Source of the DNA: Paramecium tetraurelia
Lineage: Eukaryota
Assembly (NCBI GenBank): GCA_000165425.1
Contig: CT868507.1
Coordinates: 62,001 to 126,000 of the forward strand
Reading direction: 5' to 3'
Length of the DNA stretch: 64,000 nt
Every line of letters begins with the position of its first letter. Position 1 is the stretch's first letter. The translations under genes and the position numbers were made by a program. Below, in pieces: positions 28,484 through 39,612 of this stretch. The notes beneath the pieces were generated by a model that ran no database searches, was not told where the DNA came from, and was given only the letters and a program-made list of their open reading frames with translations.

Positions 28484-29763
28484 TCAAACCACCTTGCATT
28501 TCATATCTGCCAAATTTCCAATAAAAAACAATACAAATTTCTTATTTTTCTAAAAGAACTATTCAGCACCTGTCTCTCCGCCAAATCCCAACTTTGAACA
28601 CTTCTTTTTACTGTATTCAATCTTAATGTCTTCATATTGTAATAAACATTATTTATTCTAAATATCTAATGATACTGTAATGTGAGCAGATCTTTTCTCT
28701 TTTAACGCTCTTATATGATATGAATATTTACTGTCTCACAGATTCCCCTATGATCTTGCCTTCTGGTTTCTAAACCGAGAAATTGATTCTGCCTGTGTTA
28801 CTCAATCCGAAATAGGCACTACTATTCTATCTATAGAAGTAGTTGTAATTCATTAATTTAGAATGATGAGCAAATCCAACTTGCAATTATTAATTTTGGC
28901 TAGTATCATATTGTTCAACTTAAATAGTAAATTAATATTTATTGGGATAGGAGAATGTATTTTATGATACAATTACTACCTATTGATCTTACGATGTAAT
29001 TGTTATGATGTTTCCATTTTCGATAGTACTTTTATTACCCTACAGACTGTAGAATTAGATGGATTTCTCTAAGGATAATAATTTGGGTATCTCTTGAAGT
29101 GTTTCGAGTATGTCATTTTATATTTGCTATGATAACAACATCAAAATACATTTAAGTCCTTCTTCTACAACTTCAAGCTTTATTACAATAGACATTTATA
29201 GATTGTAAATATCTGCTACTTGTTCTATTCTATCTCGGGCTTATTAATCAAGGCATTCAAGTCTTGATTCAATTTCGCTTTGTTGATATTCCCACTTTAA
29301 TAGAGGTGATACAATTTCACAATTTCTTGGCAATTGGTGACGTTTTTGAGCAGATCGAAAAACTCTATCTCTTTTTATTGAATCTCCTTAGGAGTCAATT
29401 GATTATAATAAATCTGCAAGTCTTCTCTAAATAATTTGATATCATGAATACTAAAAGCCGTCAAATTTCAACAATATTTCATTTTAAATGGAAACAAATT
29501 CTCTATCTACAACACTCACCAAATCTTATTCACTTCTGAGTTTGGTCACATAATCAATCACTTTAGAGTTTTCCAATTTGATGTTATTCTATACTGTGTC
29601 TTATATTAATTACATTTAAAATGTCATCTATAAAAAGACATTGTTCTGGGTGATCGGAATGATCCTCAATCAAACACTAAACACAAGCGACGTGAGATTT
29701 GCATGCCGATTCTAGGCAAATCAAATCAATTTATTAATCTTTGTGTTTTGAACAAGTTTGCAT
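28484..29763 (-). CDS. B-box-type zinc finger protein
   Basis: MQTCSKHKDQQIDLICLESACKSHVACVQCLIEDHSDH N-terminus; ends ADMKCKVV-TGA. Confidence 0.65.
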
Positions 29764-29814
29764 TAAAATTAATTATAATATTTTATTTCGATTTTGATCA
29801 TCCAATCAAATGAA

Positions 29815-30759
29815 TCATTCATTTTTCTATCCAAAAGAAGGTCCAGCTCTTATTTTTTTAATTAAGAATGCCAAAGCTATCAACAATTAAATCACCCCCA
29901 CAACGATGAAGGCAATCGAAAGAAACAGATTCTTCCCTCCAAAAGGTCCAGATGTGGAAAGCACAATGTTCTTAGCTCCAGCAAACATTTGCGGATTGTA
30001 ATTGTTTGAGAATTCGAACGTGTATTCTCCCTCCTCAATGTCCTATTCTATGCGTCCCCACAGTTTCCTGAATGTGGGCAGTCCTGCAGTTCTCATCCAG
30101 ACTATGAAGTGCTCATTCTCTGGGTCAATCCATTGAGTGCTCTCAGAATCAGTTGCTCGCTTGTACTTTTTACCTTTGTCATTGGGCCAACTGATTCCGG
30201 TTTAATTCAATTCAATATTCTTGCCCGATAAACTCAAAGCATAAGTATCATTGAAGAAGCTCTTCGCCACCAATCCACAAGGACTTGCAATGTCGTCTGG
30301 TTGCCTTTCCTTTGGGACAAGAGTATTCTTTTCTGTGATATACACATTCTATTGCCACTCTTCCAGGTCTTTGTTGTAAATGATGGGATCGCAATACTTC
30401 TCTGCATCTGAAAGTGAGATCTCTTCTCCTGACAATTAGGTTGATGATTTGGACTTCACATATCGTCTATGGTTTTGATAAAAGTTCTCAAGCTCGTAAT
30501 AAAAGTAAATCGGAGCTTTCATGTTATCCAAATTCTGCGTAAAACTGCACCTCTTATTATATTCAACAGGCGAACATTTTTGATCATATTTATAGATCGT
30601 TACTTCCTAAATGTTATTATTGATCACTGTTATCACTATTCCCAAAGCCACAAAAATCACACCAATTATTGAAAACAAGGCAATTGTGCTTCCGACTGAA
30701 GGTACTGGATGCCATTTCTTAAAGAAAAGCCAATGCAGAAAACCTTTCGAATCACTCAT
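29815..30759 (-). CDS. CDC50: CDC50/LEM3 family P4-ATPase (lipid flippase) beta subunit
   Basis: PIYFYYELENFYQNHRRYVKS, PCGLVAKSFFNDTY, NEHFIVWMRTAGLPTFRKLWGRI; N- and C-terminal TM helices. Confidence 0.92.
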
Positions 30760-30780
30760 TAATTAATTAAATATCTTTTG

Positions 30781-31201
30781 ATGGCATTGAAATCAGCTGC
30801 CATATTTGAAAAGAAGGATCCATTCATCAAAACCCAAGGAGCAGACTTGGTTAAGGAATTAGTTCAGTCTATTTCTTTGAAGTACATTCCAATCTTTGCT
30901 GTCCTTTAAAAAACAGTAAAAACAATTGTATCAAAGATTAAGGTGATAATCCAGAACTATGGACAGTTTATCTTGAAAATGGAAATGGAGTAGGCTCTTT
31001 TATCATTAGTCTATCTCTAATGGCAGAGTGTGAACTGCTGATGCCACATTCACAATAGTTGATGATGATATGATCGCCATGGCTCAAGGGAAATTGAATC
31101 CTCAATAGGTCTTCATGTAAGGAAAGATGAAAATCAAAGGGAACATGGCAGCTGCCACTAAGTTCATACTGAATTTGATAAGTAAAGATGCCAAGTTTTG
31201 A
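30781..31201 (+). pseudogene. SCP2: Sterol carrier protein-2 (SCP2) pseudogene
   Basis: MALKSAAIFEK...; WTVYLENGNG[20-nt intron]SISNGRV*TADATFTIVDDDMIAMAQGKLNPQQVFMQGKMKIKGNMAAATKF...AKF. In-frame TGA at 31031-31033, two 1-nt deletions, one 46-bp insertion. Confidence 0.8.
30883..30930. mobile_element. Putative retained Internal Eliminated Sequence (IES), 46 bp counting one TA
   Basis: TA-bounded segment TACATTCC...ACAATTGTA with inward-reading ends TACATTCC / TACAATTG (cf. TAYAGYNR). Excision leaving one TA gives ...TTT GAA GTA TCA AAG (FEVSK). Confidence 0.55.
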
Positions 31202-31241
31202 GTGAGAATTATTATATAAATATATATATAAAAATAAATAA

Positions 31242-31985
31242 ATGTATGATAGCAGAAACAATTCAGTCCCGAGATCATTGTAATAGTTGCAATACTTGAA
31301 ATAATTTCATATCATGGATATAACCAATGATAAAGAATAGATTGCAAATTATCTTGACATTTTAAATCAGGAAACAGATGTATATTATCTATTTGATTCT
31401 TTTCATTCTCTTTTGAATTCCGTTAAGCAAGCTGAGGAAGCTAAGATAACTAATAAACCCAGACAAAATACAATTGATTGGTGGAAATTAACTAATCAAT
31501 CCTATAGCTGGGCAGGCTTGAAAAATATCAAAGGGATTTCGAACACCCCTTCCTAGATACGAGTAACTAATGATAGTAGTCATGCGAGATAGATAGGGTA
31601 AGTCGAATTGCAGGTTTTCAATGAGAAGGATCTTGAAAGCAAGAAGCAAGATAGAATGCTGCTGAGTGTCTATTAATTGCAGAATAAGTATTACAAATGC
31701 CACATGGGATTCTGTTAGCTATAGAAATTGGAAGGGTAAGTCGTCATCATCACGAAATTGTACATCGCCAAATGGTACAGGAAGGTGGGCAATTACTTAG
31801 AGTTGATACAAGAATTCATTAAATATATCTTGAGTGTGGTGTCGGCATAAAGAGTGAAGATCAAAATTAATTCTAGTTAAGGATCGCAAATCAAGTATCT
31901 CCAATAATTGGGATTCAAATTATCCTAATCTATTCCATTAATAAATGATCTCAAAATATTTACTTTAATTTTAGACAAATAATGA
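31242..31985 (+). CDS. Hypothetical protein (247 aa) with GNAT acetyltransferase-like C-terminal domain
   Basis: Intronless 744-nt ciliate-code ORF. IITKLYIAKWYRKVGNYLELIQEFIKY resembles GNAT motif A; IKYLQQLGFK resembles motif B. Confidence 0.65.
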
Positions 31986-32134
31986 TTCACTATTATTATT
32001 TAATAATCTATCACCAAATGATAATATTATATATAAATTAAACATATAATGCAACTTCCATAAGTCAAATAAAATGCAACATTTATGAGCACTTTAAATA
32101 AAAACAATGAAAAATGCATTATGTCATTAGTGTA

Positions 32135-35100
32135 TCATGGTTATGTTTGTTTCTTGTAAGCTTGTTTTCTGACTTGGCTGAAAAAATCAAACATAGCACT
32201 ACTAGCCTATTCGGTCTCTTTTTCAGGTTGTCCTTATTATTGTGGTGCGTTGAATGCTTTCTTATTCTACTTTCTTACTTTCTTTGGTGCATCCTGAGTA
32301 TCGCCCTAATTTCCTTATTCGGCTAATAAAATTAAATGAAACTCGATTACCTTATGCTGCTTGATTCTATGCGGACTGCAATTACTATCTGGATGCTTTG
32401 GGTCTACCACCTCCTCTGCGATTGCCCCCTTTTTCTCTTTAAATAACAACAATAGTAGTTTTCTTGTGATAATTGTCTTCGTAATTGATTGGTATCATAT
32501 TCTTGAAATCCTGATATGATTTGGCATAAATGGAATCTAGTTCTGAAGTGTCTGGTTTGAATCTGAGATTGGCATCAAGAAATTGTTGATCGACTTCTTC
32601 ATCCTCTTAATCCTAGTCGTATTGATCATATCCACAGACAATTTGATAGTACATGCCTTCTTTGAGATATAGTTTGGGATTGAGATGGAACAATCGAAAA
32701 CATGGATAGATGCAAAGAAAAATATTGGTCCCAAGAACTTTATTGCACCCTAAACAAGAAGCAGTAGTTTTGGAGAGGATGCTCTTACTCAAACACACTT
32801 GGCATCTGGCATTTCCATTGTGTATGGGACAATGATATAATTGATCATTGACTATTCCGACGGTTTAATCAGTTTGACAAGATCTATCTACTTAGAGTGA
32901 GCCATCTTTTCTGAGCAAAGGTTTAGGATTCTTATAATCAATGACTTTGTTAATCAGTTGCAGAGCTAGTTCAGTTCTGAATGTCTTAATTTCTTATTTT
33001 TTAAGGATTCGAATATTGTGTAAGATGGACTCAATAACAAAGATGAAGATGATCTTAGAATTTGAGTTGATTGAAGTGTTTTCAGGTTCTGATGGTTGGA
33101 TGGCTATCTTCTCTTCAGTGAATTGCAATTACGATAACTCTTATAAATATTGGCTTCTCATTTGGAGGGACTGTAATGAAACACAAGTGATCCATTGTTG
33201 ATTCTTATAGCATAAATAAATAGGTTCTTTGTTTTTGGATGAGTAAACTACCTATTGATCTCCAGTTGGTGGATGAGGCAACAATGAATGCTACATGAGA
33301 TCAGTGCAAACAAATATCTTCTATTAATATAATTGCAAGACTGATTCGGCATTGAGTAATCCCTGACTATAAACAATGTGTCTCCCTAGATGATACGGTT
33401 CAAACATCATCCTCAATCGCTTTTGCAAATCTCGATGACTATTCAGATCCAATGCCTTATTAATTGGAGTTGCCCAAAAGAACTGTTACAGAATTATGCC
33501 AGATTCCTTATCTATTAATTGATACCATTGAATCTTGGTTGAATAGATGATAGTGTAGAAATTTGATATTAAAAAGAGTTCCTGTCCTGGCAATATCAAT
33601 TTCTTGAATCGATCATTTAACTCCTATGTAAATTAAGGCAGAAACTCTTATCTGAAGAATGATTGAGCATTGAACTCCAATTTAACTGCTAGTTAAGATT
33701 CTGTCTATATTTTTGGTTAGATGATTTCCACTTTCTAATCTATATCATCAAATTGCTGTTGGGTTATTATAGATTTAATACCACCACCTGCAATCCAATC
33801 TTCTCCATAGAAATACTCATTAATATCTGGCAGTCTCATGTACCCCATGATTAACTTAGTTCCTAGGTATAACCAGAATTCTGGCTCACTTGTTTGACAA
33901 GTTTTCATTAGATCTTTGAATCTGGTTTCGCCAAAAAGGAGTCTGATCATGTCCTGAGGATTGTCTTTGTATTCCAGCATTCTGAATTAACCAGAAAATT
34001 TAGGCGGTACCATGTTATTTAATTGACTAAATAAAGTCCAATCTTAATTCTCTATATCTTGTACTATTCCATCATCCTCCTAAACTATCTCTTCCAATAA
34101 GGCTTGATGTTTTCTCTATTGCTGATTCAATGGTTTATTTGACACTTGAGCAGGTATAATAGGCTATTACAATAATTAAGTGATTTTTTATTATTTGTCA
34201 ACCTATTGAGATTAGAAGTTGTCGTTATCTCCCACTTCAATGGGAGTCTGGTTTTCAACAGGCTTTTTTCTGAAGAACGAGGAGGGAGTAGTATCTTCGA
34301 TCTTTTGCTTTAGAATGCTGATATTAGAAGGTGGTGGAAGTTCATCATCAGAATCAATGACAATAGGATTCTTGGTCTTTTTTTAGGTTGTCAATGGAAC
34401 TGTAGTGGGGTGGACAGGTTGAGTAAAGGAGAAGAATTCTTTCTATGTTTTTTTCAAGGCAGGTTCCGGCTTTAACATTTGGTCTAGCAGAGAAGATTTG
34501 TCTTCTGCAGTCTTGTTTTCAAAAGGCTTTTAGATTTCAGGTTGTATTTCTTCGGAGGATCTTTGGGAGGGCGGAGGCAAGACAACTTCTTACTTTTCAG
34601 AATCATTCTAAGAGTTGGCCAAGGGATCATCTTGTTGGGGGGATAGAACATTGTTTTTTTCATTCTTTGCTGTCTTTTTAGGAGTGGTTTTATCATCTTA
34701 AATATCATCGTCGATAATAATAGAAGTTTGTCTCTATTTTTTATAAAGTAATTTGCAGTCTGCTTCTTCTTAACTCTTTTTATCTTCATCGTTGCTTTCC
34801 AATGCAGCCAATATTACAAGGGAATTGACTTCCTACCTAGGAGGGATGAGCTAATCTTCTTATTATTAGGGTTCTTGATTTGTACTTGGTTATGGATGTT
34901 AAAGTTGTGCTTGATTTTGTATTTGATCTTGGGGATCTGTGTTATCTTCTTATATGGGTTATTGTACTATGGGTTCTGTGGTGTTATTGGTTTATGGTAA
35001 TTGATCATGTGTTTGTATGGGTGGTGGATCGATGCTCACATGTTGGGATGATTGATTTTGGATAATGGGTTATGGGATTTGATTCACTAATTCATAGAGG

Positions 35101-35144
35101 AATTGAGACTCAAGTTGAGGCTAATTCGAAGTTATTTCTGACAT
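32135..35144 (-). CDS. PGML: Domesticated PiggyBac transposase, PiggyMac-like (PgmL; long N-terminal extension, subfamily unresolved), ~993 aa, catalytic Asp triad lost
   Basis: PiggyBac core motifs in order: EFWLYLGTKLIMGYMRLPDINEYF, LNDRFKKLILPGQELFLISN, WYQLIDKESGIIL, PYHLGRHIVYSQG, KIIFIFVIESILHNIRIL, FRTELALQLI. C-terminal Cys-rich domain H..CQVC..CLGC..LCIYPCFRLFH. One 28-nt intron (32323-32350); spliced length 2982 nt is divisible by 3. Confidence 0.88.
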
Positions 35145-35225
35145 TATGTATAATATAATTGAAAAAGAGTGTGGTTTATTTTGAGCTTATATGAAAATTA
35201 TTTCCTGGATTTTATTATAATTTGG

Positions 35226-36039
35226 ATGAAGCAATCCTTTTAAATCAAATCTGAAATGTAGATAATTAGTATTATTAATGAAGTCAGCTTTATTTTGAGC
35301 TTGCGTTCTTGGGTACGAGTTCAGTTGGCAAGACTTCACTCATAAAACAATATGAAAGAAATGAATTCTCAATGAAATCGATGAGTACGGTGGGAGTGGC
35401 ATGTATAAAATCAAAGTGTTAATAGTACAAAGAATTTAAGACAGTTATAATAAACAACCAAGATGTGAAGGTGCAACTGTGGGATACTGCAGGATAGGAG
35501 AGATTCAGATCACTAACTCAGAATTATTATCGAGGTTGTGATGCAGTTGTTCTATGATGTTACAAACATGAAGAGATTCGATCAAATTAATAGTTGGATT
35601 GCAGATTTCGATGAGTATGCTATAATTGCTATAAGAAGTAAATGTGAAAGACCAGCAATTAAAATGTTATTGGGTAATAAAATAGATATGTAAACCAGAG
35701 ATGTGAGTACTGAATTGGGAAAGGCGTACTCAAAAAGGAAGAATATCATAATTTAAGAGGTTTCAACCAAACAAAAAACACCTATGTTGAAATTGCCATG
35801 TTGAAATTAATCGAAATCTTAGTTTCTCATAAGACAATAGAATCTGGAGACAAGAATCAGCGTAGAGGATCCATGTTTGAAACCAAATAAACTGTTTTTG
35901 AAGATTCTCTCATCAATAAATCAGCCACTCAAGATAATACGGCTAATGAGCAATAATAGGCTATGATTTCTCTTTAATTTTAAGGAATGAGTATTTCAGA
36001 AAGCATTCTTCTAATCAAGGTTGTATGTGTTCTTGCTGA
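35226..36039 (+). pseudogene. Rab-family small GTPase, frameshifted (probable pseudogene)
   Basis: [40 protein letters not shown], C-terminal CMCSC-TGA. Frameshifts at DAVV/YDVT (~35550) and after EVSTKQ (~35775). Confidence 0.75.
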
Positions 36040-36098
36040 TTATTATTTATCTCTGTTAATTAATTACCAAAAAGATTTAAAAATTTATTTTAAATATA

Positions 36099-36573
36099 AT
36101 GCCAAAGGGATAGACCACTACAACCCAAAAAGCTTAAAAGGCAGCAAAAAATACCAGAGTTGCCAAAAAAGTTGTCAGAGCCAGAAAACATTTCTAAAAT
36201 AGATTCCACACTACTAAACCATTAGCATTAGCTAGAAAACCCAAATTTACCAGATTAACAAGACAATTAAAACCAATCACCAAAGGTTTAGATTTCTAAA
36301 ATGTCCTTAAACATCCACTCATCACTGAAAAAGATATGAAGAAAATGGAAGATGAAAACACCATGGTCTTCTATGTTAATCAAAAATCAACTAAGCCATA
36401 AATAAAAAGAGCATTTTCTAAAATTTATGAGGTCAAAGTCAGAAAAGTCAATGTATTCCATCTCTGCTTATCATTAGATCTTAAATACATTCGGTGGAAA
36501 GAAGAAGGCATACATTAGATTGGGTGGAGAAAACGATGCACTTAATTTGGCCAACAAAATCGGTATCATCTGA
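36099..36573 (+). CDS. RPL23A: 60S ribosomal protein L23a (uL23)
   Basis: LARKPKF, HPLITEKDMKKMEDENTMVFYV, KVRKVN[intron 36453-36477]ILNTFGGKKKAYIRL...ANKIGII-TGA. Confidence 0.95.
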
Positions 36574-36639
36574 GTGACAATTATATTACACAGTAAAATA
36601 TATATATATTCAAATTTATCCAAATTATTTTTATCTATT

Positions 36640-37137
36640 ATGAACCATTCCATCAGAAACATTTACACTTTTAGAAAGAAACAAAAAAGCTTCAACAAAA
36701 CCTTTGCAGCCAAATATATCAAATAACTACTCACCAATACCCAAACACTCTCTACTCCAATCCCTCATTTAAGAATTGAAGAAGAAATCAATGAACACAC
36801 TAAAATTGAGGATTCCTTAAATATAAAACAATCGGTAGATGATTCCTCATTGCATTCCTCTCATATCATCTAAATTACTCACACCATTAAAAAAAGAGCC
36901 AATTTAGATTGTGAAAATTATCGCTTGATCTATCGACTCAACTCTAAATCTTGTGTTGTTCCCTGCAAGGTTTCATTAAGAAAATTTAAAATGAACTAAT
37001 AAGACTTAAAATTTATGGAGGAATTTGATACTCTAAAATCTCAATTGCAATTTAAATAACCTAATGAAATTGATTTCCTGACTCCCTTCAATGAGTTCTA
37101 TCAAAGGATAAATGAAATCGTATTGAATAGACTATGA
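36640..37137 (+). CDS. Hypothetical protein (165 aa)
   Basis: Intronless 498-nt ciliate-code ORF from ATG to TGA between short AT-rich spacers. Confidence 0.6.
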
Positions 37138-37220
37138 ATATGTTATCATTTTATTACTATTGACAACTATTTTAAATATTGCGGCTTTTTTTGAGCAATA
37201 ACTTTTTATAATAAATTATA

Positions 37221-38089
37221 ATGGCATTTTGGTTGATTAACTTGGAAACAGACATTATGTTAGGTTTCATCCCTTAATACCCAAAACTCTCAATTGTTGT
37301 AGCCTTTATCTTTTGGATCATCAACATTCTCACATTAATCGTTTAATAGTCTTACATTATAGATAATGGAGATAAGGGAATATTTTCTTATGAAACTTTA
37401 ATATCAGTATTAATTGTCTATGGGACTCTCGGACTTAGTTAATATTTAATTGTTCAAGTAAATCTAAGATTTAATGATCATAGAAAAGAATTCGAGATTC
37501 TTCTGTTTAAATAACACCAGAAGAATAATTAACACCATAAAAAACTGGATAATTGACTATGAAGTCTCCATTAAGGACTGTTATCACTCAGAATTCACAT
37601 AGGAAGTAACCTCGACTACTGCCATTAGCTACGAATTTTTAAAAACGTTATTTCAAAGGACTGTTTTTATTTATTACTATATTTGTCATTCATTCCTTAT
37701 TATTTATCCATCAAACTACATCACTTATTATTTTGAAGGCTGCCTTATCATTGCATATCATATTACTGACTTAATTATTTTCATCCGTACTCATCAATTT
37801 CTTTACTATAATCTCAATAGGGAATCTACTAATCAATTTATACTCGATGAATGTTTTCGTAAAGTATTTTGGAAGCAACACTTTTTATTTGGCTTTCATG
37901 AATTTTTTGACCAACACTACTGAAATGTATATAGTTTCCTTGAATTTGGCATTGATTATGGCGTCAATAGTTGGATTGCTGTTTGTTAATGATTTAGTTA
38001 GTCAAATATTATTTTACTTTTATCTGTCAATCTTTGGAGTGGCATTTCTGATAAAGATATATCAAAAGATAAAGGCAAATGAATACTGA
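37221..38089 (+). CDS. Hypothetical multi-pass membrane protein
   Basis: ATG 37221; several hydrophobic segments; tiny introns; ends KIYQKIKANEY-TGA. Confidence 0.6.
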
Positions 38090-38112
38090 TTGATATGATA
38101 ATATTTAATATA

Positions 38113-39212
38113 TCAAACTTGGATATTGCTAAAATCTACTGATTGGACTAATTATAAGGCCTACTCACTAATGGCTTGTTCGCGTTAGAATTCATTCTTG
38201 GTATCAGTGTAGATCTAAACTTCATCGGCATAGAGATCGTTTTCCAATTAAAGTTGTTATTCATATGAAGCTTGATCGGCTGCTCTTTAGTCTCTGAAAG
38301 CAGTAACCTAATCAATCTTATCTATTAAGTTCATAACCACGAAATACCTAAAGTTGCAGTCAAATCAACATTCAGAGCATTGATTTGTCTTTGGAATTCA
38401 GCATATTCGGCATTCAATTGGTCGACTCTGGCTTCAAATTCTTCCTAATCCTAAACTTCTTGTAGTGATAAATCATTGATGGAATCGACAATAGCATTTC
38501 TGAATTCATTCAAACTATTAACAATTTGAGTCAAGACTCCTTGATCAGAGAAGTTTTGATTGGAAGCTAAGGTAATCAAGGCTTTTAAGAAAGGAGCCAT
38601 TTTGCTTCTGGGTTTGATGTTGGATTCTATCTTTCTGAGTGAATTTTGGAATTTCTTGACCTAAGCCAATGATGGATTGTTGAGAGTTTATAAAAGTGAC
38701 AAAGCATCATCTACAGCAGCAGTAGCGTCATTTAATTCTGCCACTTATGCTTCATAAGCCTCATGCTCTTATTCTCTTGTCAAATTCTCTTCATCCACCT
38801 TTTGTCTGTTCTATTCTTAGTATTCTTCCAGAGTAGCAATTCTTAATTCCAATTATTCCTTTCTTGGGGTTAAAAGATTCTCAATAACATCATCAGATCT
38901 GCTAACATCGATTACTGCTTATTATATCTATTGATTGAGTTGAACAAGTAAAGCATTGTGTTCATTAGTTCTGCGTTAGAAATTGAAATCAAGCAACTCA
39001 AGTCCATCCTCTAGATCATTGACAAGTTCCTCAATTGCATCCAATAACTCTGAGACTGATCCTCCAGCCATTGAATGTAACTCAACTAAATGAAGTAGGG
39101 CTCTTCCATAATTTGTCTTTTGTAATTCAGCTTGCAACTTTTAAGGACTTTAACTCTTTATCTTAGCGCATGTTGCCAAAGAAATGAGTAATATTAAGAT
39201 AACTATTCTCAT
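38113..39212 (-). CDS. Trichocyst matrix protein (TMP/GRL family) precursor
   Basis: Signal peptide MRIVILILLISLATC; LQKTNYGRALLHLVELHSMAGGSVSELLDAIEELVNDL; acidic coiled coils; 26-nt intron near the 3' end. Confidence 0.85.
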
Positions 39213-39612
39213 TTGTTTTTAATATTATTATTATTTTTATCATATTCCGTTTTTGATTATATATATCTCTGATTATATATCTTCAACAAATATACAACTA
39301 TTAAAAATCTGCATCTAAAGATCATATTCATCATTCTCAACTCTTAATTTAATTCCCCATACTTACAAATCCTTTGGATTACCCACTTTCTATTTAATAA
39401 ATAAGTCTCTTTAATTACTTTTTATTTATATTTTTTAATGAATTTAATATTCCCACATTGCATCTTTTAAAAAATTAATTCTATTATCAAATTCTATTAA
39501 CCCATAGAGACTCTTAATTTCCATTCAGAATTCATTTGGATTAACAGGAAAATTTTATCAAATTTTAAAAATATGACTTCTTTAGTAACATTATTAAAAA
39601 TAAAAATAAATA

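Noticed and set aside
32395..32430. AT-hook in the PgmL C-terminal tail (RRGGGRPK)
   Set aside because: It lacks the exact R-G-R-P core, so it is too weak to call.
32135..35144. Active PiggyBac transposon insertion
   Set aside because: No TIRs seen, catalytic Asp residues are missing, it has a host-type intron, and it is tightly packed between cellular genes.
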